A stretch of 29,040 nt of DNA from a virus. Lineage: Duplodnaviria > Caudoviricetes. Position numbers and translations under genes: made by a program. Positions 24,124 to 29,040 of this stretch are shown piece after piece; the stretch's first letter is position 1, and every line of letters begins with the position of its first letter. Under the pieces are notes generated by a model. That model ran no database searches. It was not told the origin of the DNA and was given only the letters and a program-made list of their open reading frames with translations. Location: IMG/VR virus record IMGVR_UViG_3300032270_000539, positions 1 to 29,040 of that record; one strand, 5' to 3'.

Positions 24124-24897
24124 TTAGGAAATTGGGTTAACAATTCCCTTTGGTGTATTAGCCGTTACCCACATTGATGCTACTGCTGCTGTTGCTGATG
24201 ATGATGTCTGTGATACAGGACCAAATGCAGTATTGTATGCCCACTTGCTACCATCTAATGATAGTCGAGCAAAGTAATCTGTATTGGCATCAAAACGTGC
24301 CATAGCATTTCCCTTTTCATCAGCATGTGCAACTGCCAGAGTATTAGCAATGCATCCTGGATAACTGACAGATTTGTTAGTGTCATTACCTGCTGCTGCA
24401 AAGACTGGAATACCAGAAGACTCTAGATCATTAATAAGTGATCGAATTACAACATCATCGGCAAGACGAGCCTTTGGTGTATTGACTGGTCCAAATGGAG
24501 TGCATTCTAGACTTGTCTTATTGAATGTTAGCGAAATTGAAACAGCCTTTACTTTAGCCTTGTTATTCTTTACCCAACTTAGAGATGAGATAAGTTGACT
24601 TGGAAAGACATCAGATTGTGCGCTTGATGCACAAATTGGAATGATGCTGATAGAAGGATTTTGCAACTTTGCTACAGCATACATTGCAGTTCCATGATTA
24701 TACGGATCAGATGCTTTTGCATTTGCAATTGGCTTTGACTGTGCACACGCTGCACCTGTAGATGTGATTGGATTTTGTGCAACGCTTGACTGGAAATAAG
24801 AGTCAATAATTACAAGAGACTTAACGTCTGCTGCTTGTGATTGCACTGGTACTACAACTGAAAATAATACTGCTACTAATGCTACGATCTTTTTCAT
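24124..24897 (-). CDS. Secreted subtilisin-like S8 peptidase
   Basis: Signal peptide; VIIDS (Asp), NHGT (His), AAAGND, YPG, QTSSSATA (Ser). Confidence 0.8.
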   Translation of the reverse strand: MKKIVALVAVLFSVVVPVQSQAADVKSLVIIDSYFQSSVAQNPITSTGAACAQSKPIANAKASDPYNHGTAMYAVAKLQNPSISIIPICASSAQSDVFPSQLISSLSWVKNNKAKVKAVSISLTFNKTSLECTPFGPVNTPKARLADDVVIRSLINDLESSGIPVFAAAGNDTNKSVSYPGCIANTLAVAHADEKGNAMARFDANTDYFARLSLDGSKWAYNTAFGPVSQTSSSATAAVASMWVTANTPKGIVNPIS

Positions 24898-24915
24898 TTT
24901 ATTCCTTTTCGTTTA

Positions 24916-25122
24916 TTACGATATCATCAATCTGATGACATGTTGACAAGGGTCTCCCCCTGCCTCCCATTCTTCTACTTCTTCTTCCCCCATATATGCA
25001 TATCCGCCATCATGTGTATTGCAATAAGGAGGAGTTACCCATCCCCGATCAATACCATTTGAAAGCCAAATACCAAACTCTTGCTCTTCTGGAGATAAAT
25101 CTTCTTCGTCACTGTAGTTCAT
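24916..25122 (-). CDS. Small acidic protein, possible metal binding
   Basis: CNTHDG...GGDPCQH; TATACT 6 nt upstream. Confidence 0.75.
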   Translation of the reverse strand: MNYSDEEDLSPEEQEFGIWLSNGIDRGWVTPPYCNTHDGGYAYMGEEEVEEWEAGGDPCQHVIRLMIS

Positions 25123-25137
25123 ATTATAAGTATACCC

Positions 25138-25662
25138 TCACACACTGACAATGTCAACTGGACCCATGCATGATGGGTTAAATTTTATTGCAGCATTTAC
25201 TGCTTGAAGAACTCTGCTCCTTGCATTTTTTTGTTTATCTGTTGCATATAGAACACCGTAAGCATACTCTGCTCCTGAACCCATAGCAAGGTATGGTAAT
25301 GTGTATTTAGATAAAGACATGTCTACAGAACTATGTTCATATATTTGTCCACGAATTGCAATTATTAATCCAAGGTCTCCTTCTTTTGAAGTGTCAACCC
25401 AAAACTCATTGTAGAATTCTCTAAGTTCTTTGATAAACTTAGTTTGCATAAACCTATCAGTGTCTCTTATGTTTGGGGCAGAGGGTTTAAAATTATATCT
25501 AATTCTTTCCCCGTCCATTGATCCAGCATAACCAATTAGGTATGGTCCAATCTTCCAAACTTTTGGGGCATCAAGTGCTAAGATAGTTCCATCGTCAGAG
25601 GCGCCACGGTCTCCAGCCATATAGATCTTGTCTTCATGTCTTACTACAGCAATACAAGTCAT
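25138..25662 (-). CDS. Proteasome-beta / HslV-like Ntn threonine protease
   Basis: MTCIAV (Thr1), MAGD, K in PKVW, GYAGS, AMGSGAEYAYG; ATGA overlap with upstream gene. Confidence 0.85.
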   Translation of the reverse strand: MTCIAVVRHEDKIYMAGDRGASDDGTILALDAPKVWKIGPYLIGYAGSMDGERIRYNFKPSAPNIRDTDRFMQTKFIKELREFYNEFWVDTSKEGDLGLIIAIRGQIYEHSSVDMSLSKYTLPYLAMGSGAEYAYGVLYATDKQKNARSRVLQAVNAAIKFNPSCMGPVDIVSV

Positions 25663-26450
25663 TCTGCGTGGTAACCTTTCGGATATAGTGTTATTATTAC
25701 TTTTTGTATTTCGTCTTCTTCTGACCAAAGCCTACTATTAGTATACACGAATTCTAGGATCTTGTCAAAGACCCCATCAACATGTATTTCAGTGTCCATA
25801 CTAAGATTCATCTGAAAGTCTGCTTCCCAATCATTACTAAAATTATCTGATAGTTCTTTTATTACCTCTTCCAAACCTTTAGATTTTAATATGATGACTG
25901 TTGGTTTATTTAATAATCTAATCTCTTCAAATGTTTTTTCTTTATTTGATAAATGTTGAAAGTTTCCAGCAAAATAAAATGAATGAACATTTCGCTTTCC
26001 ATTAACTACTGCACTTATAACTGAGTTGGGGCCAGACAAAACCTGATAAGAAATATTCATCTCTACAAGCATTGATTTAAATTGTGACATTGGTTCAAGA
26101 AAAACTGAAGAGCCTTCATCTGAAACAGCAAATATTTTTTTTCTATTTTTTACATGCTCAAGCAAAACATTTTTCATATCATCAACGTGAGCAGGATCAG
26201 ACTCAAGGTTATATTGAAGTATGATCCCTCTTGGATTTATGTTTGGTCTTTCTTCAATATTAAGATAGTTGATAGCATTAATCAATCTAGAGAACTGTCT
26301 ATGATTTTCTACTAAAATAACATCTGCAGTTTTAATATGCTCAATAGCAGATAAACTAATATCTGCTGGATCTCCAATTGGCAAAGCCCCGAAGACTATA
26401 TTTTTTCTGAATAAATTTTTTTGTAGCGTGTCTTGAATTTGATAGCGCAA
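25659..26450 (-). CDS. rsmI: RsmI-like tetrapyrrole-methylase-fold SAM methyltransferase
   Basis: PIGDPADIS..A...ADVILVEN, AVSDEG, SGPNSVISA, FYFAG align with RsmI motifs; TTG start inferred from AAAGGGG SD. Confidence 0.7.
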   Translation of the reverse strand: MRYQIQDTLQKNLFRKNIVFGALPIGDPADISLSAIEHIKTADVILVENHRQFSRLINAINYLNIEERPNINPRGIILQYNLESDPAHVDDMKNVLLEHVKNRKKIFAVSDEGSSVFLEPMSQFKSMLVEMNISYQVLSGPNSVISAVVNGKRNVHSFYFAGNFQHLSNKEKTFEEIRLLNKPTVIILKSKGLEEVIKELSDNFSNDWEADFQMNLSMDTEIHVDGVFDKILEFVYTNSRLWSEEDEIQKVIITLYPKGYHAE

Positions 26451-26452
26451 GA

Positions 26453-26505
26453 GAAAGCCCCTTTGAATAGATACCTTATAAGTATACCATCCAGAGGGGT
26501 CTTTC
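26453..26505 (-). promoter_or_regulatory. Long hairpin containing an extended -10 and the SD of the rsmI-like gene
   Basis: GAAAGACCCCTCTG...CAAAGGGGCTTTC arms; TGGTATACT at 26481-26489 inside. Confidence 0.6.
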
Positions 26506-26514
26506 AATTAATGA

Positions 26515-26802
26515 CTAATTAGCCTTTTTATCTACTGATTTAAAAGCCTCATTTATCTCTGAAAGAGATAGTTTTCCATCGTCTAAAAAAGCCCTTGCAA
26601 GCCTCTCAATAACGCTGGCTACGCCAAGTAGTCCTGCTAAGAATACTGCCTGAACTGTATCTATTCCTACTACTGCTCCTGCTCCTAGGACTGATAGTCC
26701 TGATGCTGCAAATACCGCCAGAATTCTCATGAGTATATTCGTCAACGCCTTCTGTGAGTTTTCTTTCTTGGGTGCTTCTACTGCTATTTTTTTAGTTGCC
26801 AT
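26515..26802 (-). CDS. 2-TM membrane protein with DDGKLS..E motif
   Basis: Two hydrophobic helices; FLDDGKLSLSEIN; GGAGG SD. Confidence 0.75.
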   Translation of the reverse strand: MATKKIAVEAPKKENSQKALTNILMRILAVFAASGLSVLGAGAVVGIDTVQAVFLAGLLGVASVIERLARAFLDDGKLSLSEINEAFKSVDKKAN

Positions 26803-26805
26803 TTT

Positions 26806-26991
26806 TTATTCCTCCTTCCAATCTTTATTTCTGATTGGATAGGTAATTGCCCAAGCGCACATAGTTGCAACTATTGCGACTCCAACAATCTGCTTGGCTG
26901 ATCCGTCCAATACTACGTATGCAATAAACATACCAAGTAGAGTCCATAACTGATCAATCATATCCTGTATTACCTTTTTGATTATTTTCAT
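26806..26991 (-). CDS. Small 2-TM membrane protein
   Basis: Two hydrophobic segments; ATGA overlap with upstream gene. Confidence 0.75.
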   Translation of the reverse strand: MKIIKKVIQDMIDQLWTLLGMFIAYVVLDGSAKQIVGVAIVATMCAWAITYPIRNKDWKEE

Positions 26992-29039
26992 GGTTTCCTT
27001 CTCCTTATTCTTGGGTCTCCCCCGCTTGGGCCACCCCCGCTTGAACCTCCACCAGGTGACGGTGTTGTTCCTCCTGCGGTTCTTGCTGCTGAGGCTGCAG
27101 CATTAGTTGCTGCTCCTGCTGCTGCGCCTGCGACTGTTACAGCATTAAGTGCTGCTCCAGTTGCAACTACTGTTGCCACAACCATCTTGGTTGCTTCTTC
27201 TCTTTCCTCTACAGTCATATCAGCACCTATACTTCCTAATGCTTGCAATGCTGCTACTGGATCACTAAATAATTCTTCTGCAAATGCTGCTACGTCTGTA
27301 ACTAATTCAATTTGTGCTCCTACTTCTGCTGTAATAACTACTTGCTGACCACTTTCAGATGTACGAACTTCAACGGGCGTATCTGGTGGTAAGTCTGCTA
27401 ATTTAATTCCAGCATCTGCTACTTGTTCTTTTGTAAGATTTTCACCTTCTGGCACTGACTGTATTAATGCATCAGCAACAATTTCTTTTTCTGCTGCAGA
27501 CATTTTTCCATCAGTAGATACTAGGGCTACGATTGCTGCAACATCTTCTTTTGAAACTTCTCCATCAGATGCAAGTGCTTCAAGTACAGCCTCTTGATCT
27601 GCAGTAGAAACTTTTCCATCTGCTGCCAATGCTTCAATTAATTGATCAGTTTCTTTTGCATCTATTTCTCCATCTGCTGCCATAGACTCTGCAATTGCTT
27701 CTACTTCTGTGCTATCTATTTCCCCGTCTAATAATGCTTCATCAACCGTATTGGTTACATCTTCTTCGGATCCAGTCACTGGTTCTATATCAACTGGTTC
27801 AACGTCTACTGGTTCTGTATCCACAGGTTCTGTTTCAACAGGCTCTGTGTCTATAGGCTCTGTTTCAATAGGCTCTGTGTCTATAGGCTCTGTTTCTACA
27901 GGAGTAGTATCCACAGGCTCTGTTTCCACTGGTGTGGTATCCACGGGTTCTGTATCTACTGGCTCTGTATCTATAGGTTCTGTTTCAACAGGTGTTGTAT
28001 CTACAGGAGTAGTGGTTACTGGTGTGGTGTCTACTGGTGGAACAACTACTGGTGGATCTATAACTGGAGGTTGAGTAACTGGAGGTTCTATAACTGGTGG
28101 TTGAATAACTAAAGAAGGTGGAGCAGGTGTTACAACGGGTGCTGGGGCTGGTGCAGGAACTGCATCAATTACTGTTTGCGCTGCAGCAACTATTGTAGGT
28201 GCAGTAGTTACTTTTTCTACTGCTGTAGAAACAATTGCAAGATCTGCTACTTTTGCAGTTAATGTTGTATTTGCTGTTGCTAATGCAGTTACAGTATTTT
28301 GTGAAACTGTTGCAATAGGAGCAATTACTGTATTTGTATTTGCTGTATTTGTTGCAACAATTGCCGTAACTGCTGAGTTTAATGTAGCAATTTGTGCATT
28401 TGCTGTATCAATTGCTGCCAATACTGTTGCATTATCTGGATCAGGAGTAGGAGTAAATGCAGCACCTTGACTAATAGTTCCATTAAATCCTGGCCCAGAA
28501 TTAGTATCAGTAATAGCAGTTACTGCTCCGCCAGTAGTTTGCCTTACATTAAATCTGGCACCATTTGGTATTGGACCAGTCACGCTTACATCTGCTTGCC
28601 ATGCGCCATCTGCTGGATTAACATCGGCATTAAATCTAACTTGAGTCATTTGTGTCTCTGCTGTTTGCAAAGGATAAACTCTAAGATCCCAAGCAACGCT
28701 AAGGGTGTTTGTAGTTGTTGAATATGTAATTCCAGATCCATTACTCCAGGTGGTCCAGTCATACCCTGCTATAGAAATCGAAGGCGCATTCGGAGTAGAA
28801 TAATAGTTTCCACCTTCATTTACACCAAAGGTAATAGTGGCATTAGACCCGACGTAAACATTGTTGTATGTTACTCCGCCCATTTGTAAATTAAATGGAA
28901 GGTTCATTCGTACACCAGCATCATCTGTATTTGCTAAAACATTTGTTGTGGTGCCAATAGTTGCTGCAAGGGCATTAACTGCATCCTGGGCGTTATTAAT
29001 TGCTACATTTGCTTGAGTTAATTGTGTTTGAGCCTCTGT
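26988..29039 (-). CDS. Large repeat-rich surface/membrane protein, 5'-truncated by window
   Basis: Frame open to window edge; DDAG..NLPF....YNNVYVGSNATITFG (NIDO-like), Ala/Thr coiled coil, Pro repeats, hydrophobic segment and RIRRRKP tail. Confidence 0.8.
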   Translation of the reverse strand, partial: TEAQTQLTQANVAINNAQDAVNALAATIGTTTNVLANTDDAGVRMNLPFNLQMGGVTYNNVYVGSNATITFGVNEGGNYYSTPNAPSISIAGYDWTTWSNGSGITYSTTTNTLSVAWDLRVYPLQTAETQMTQVRFNADVNPADGAWQADVSVTGPIPNGARFNVRQTTGGAVTAITDTNSGPGFNGTISQGAAFTPTPDPDNATVLAAIDTANAQIATLNSAVTAIVATNTANTNTVIAPIATVSQNTVTALATANTTLTAKVADLAIVSTAVEKVTTAPTIVAAAQTVIDAVPAPAPAPVVTPAPPSLVIQPPVIEPPVTQPPVIDPPVVVPPVDTTPVTTTPVDTTPVETEPIDTEPVDTEPVDTTPVETEPVDTTPVETEPIDTEPIETEPIDTEPVETEPVDTEPVDVEPVDIEPVTGSEEDVTNTVDEALLDGEIDSTEVEAIAESMAADGEIDAKETDQLIEALAADGKVSTADQEAVLEALASDGEVSKEDVAAIVALVSTDGKMSAAEKEIVADALIQSVPEGENLTKEQVADAGIKLADLPPDTPVEVRTSESGQQVVITAEVGAQIELVTDVAAFAEELFSDPVAALQALGSIGADMTVEEREEATKMVVATVVATGAALNAVTVAGAAAGAATNAAASAARTAGGTTPSPGGGSSGGGPSGGDPRIRRRKP
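27465..27728 (-). repeat. Five 18-aa repeats DG(E/K)(I/V/M)(D/S)xx(E/D)
   Basis: DGEIDSTE, DGEIDAKE, DGKVSTAD, DGEVSKED, DGKMSAAE spaced exactly 18 aa. Confidence 0.85.
27780..28037 (-). repeat. 17 tandem 15-bp units encoding P(V/I)(D/E)T(E/T)
   Basis: PVDTT PVTTT PVDTT PVETE PIDTE PVDTE...; synonymous variation between units. Confidence 0.92.
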
Positions 29040-29040
29040 C

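Noticed and set aside
27780-28037. Possible CRISPR array
   Set aside because: 15-bp tandem coding units with synonymous variation and no spacers
27709-28074. Plus-strand ORF with STGSV repeats
   Set aside because: Antisense shadow of the pentapeptide repeat
388-28721. Many short opposite-strand ORFs in the track (e.g. 388, 1348, 3800, 3876, 6888, 10918, 12624, 12796, 16650, 23359, 28392)
   Set aside because: They overlap better-supported genes antisense and lack motifs or start signals
1-29040. Stop-codon reassignment
   Set aside because: Genes tile densely under the standard code; TAA, TAG and TGA all end recognisable proteins; no suppressor tRNA

Overview
AT-rich, densely packed accessory region that reads as part of a large tailed phage infecting an Actinobacterium; a low-GC freshwater lineage is plausible but this is inference. 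Host clues are WhiB, an FmdB-type Zn ribbon, a DUF1524 nuclease and about nine apparently leaderless genes. No capsid, terminase, integrase or replication genes and no CRISPR array were seen. The window holds 6 tRNAs, Hsp20, thioredoxin, a CHAP lysin, a holin-like protein and many unannotated micro-ORFs, several of them Zn fingers. It also holds a large tailoring-enzyme set: 5 2OG-Fe(II) oxygenases, 2 SAM methyltransferases, 2 sulfotransferase-like proteins, an APS kinase/nucleotidyltransferase fusion, a NodU-type carbamoyltransferase, a GT2-like and an SGNH-like protein, 3-4 DUF6065/dUTPase-like paralogs and a luciferase-like monooxygenase. An RsmI-like methyltransferase is coupled to an HslV/proteasome-beta-like gene, and a partial repeat-rich surface protein runs off the right edge. 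The best non-coding signals are a ROSE-like thermometer before hsp20, a structured RNA with an H-type pseudoknot after hsp20, and a long hairpin enclosing a promoter and RBS before the rsmI-like gene. All family calls come from motif recognition by eye; no searches were run.
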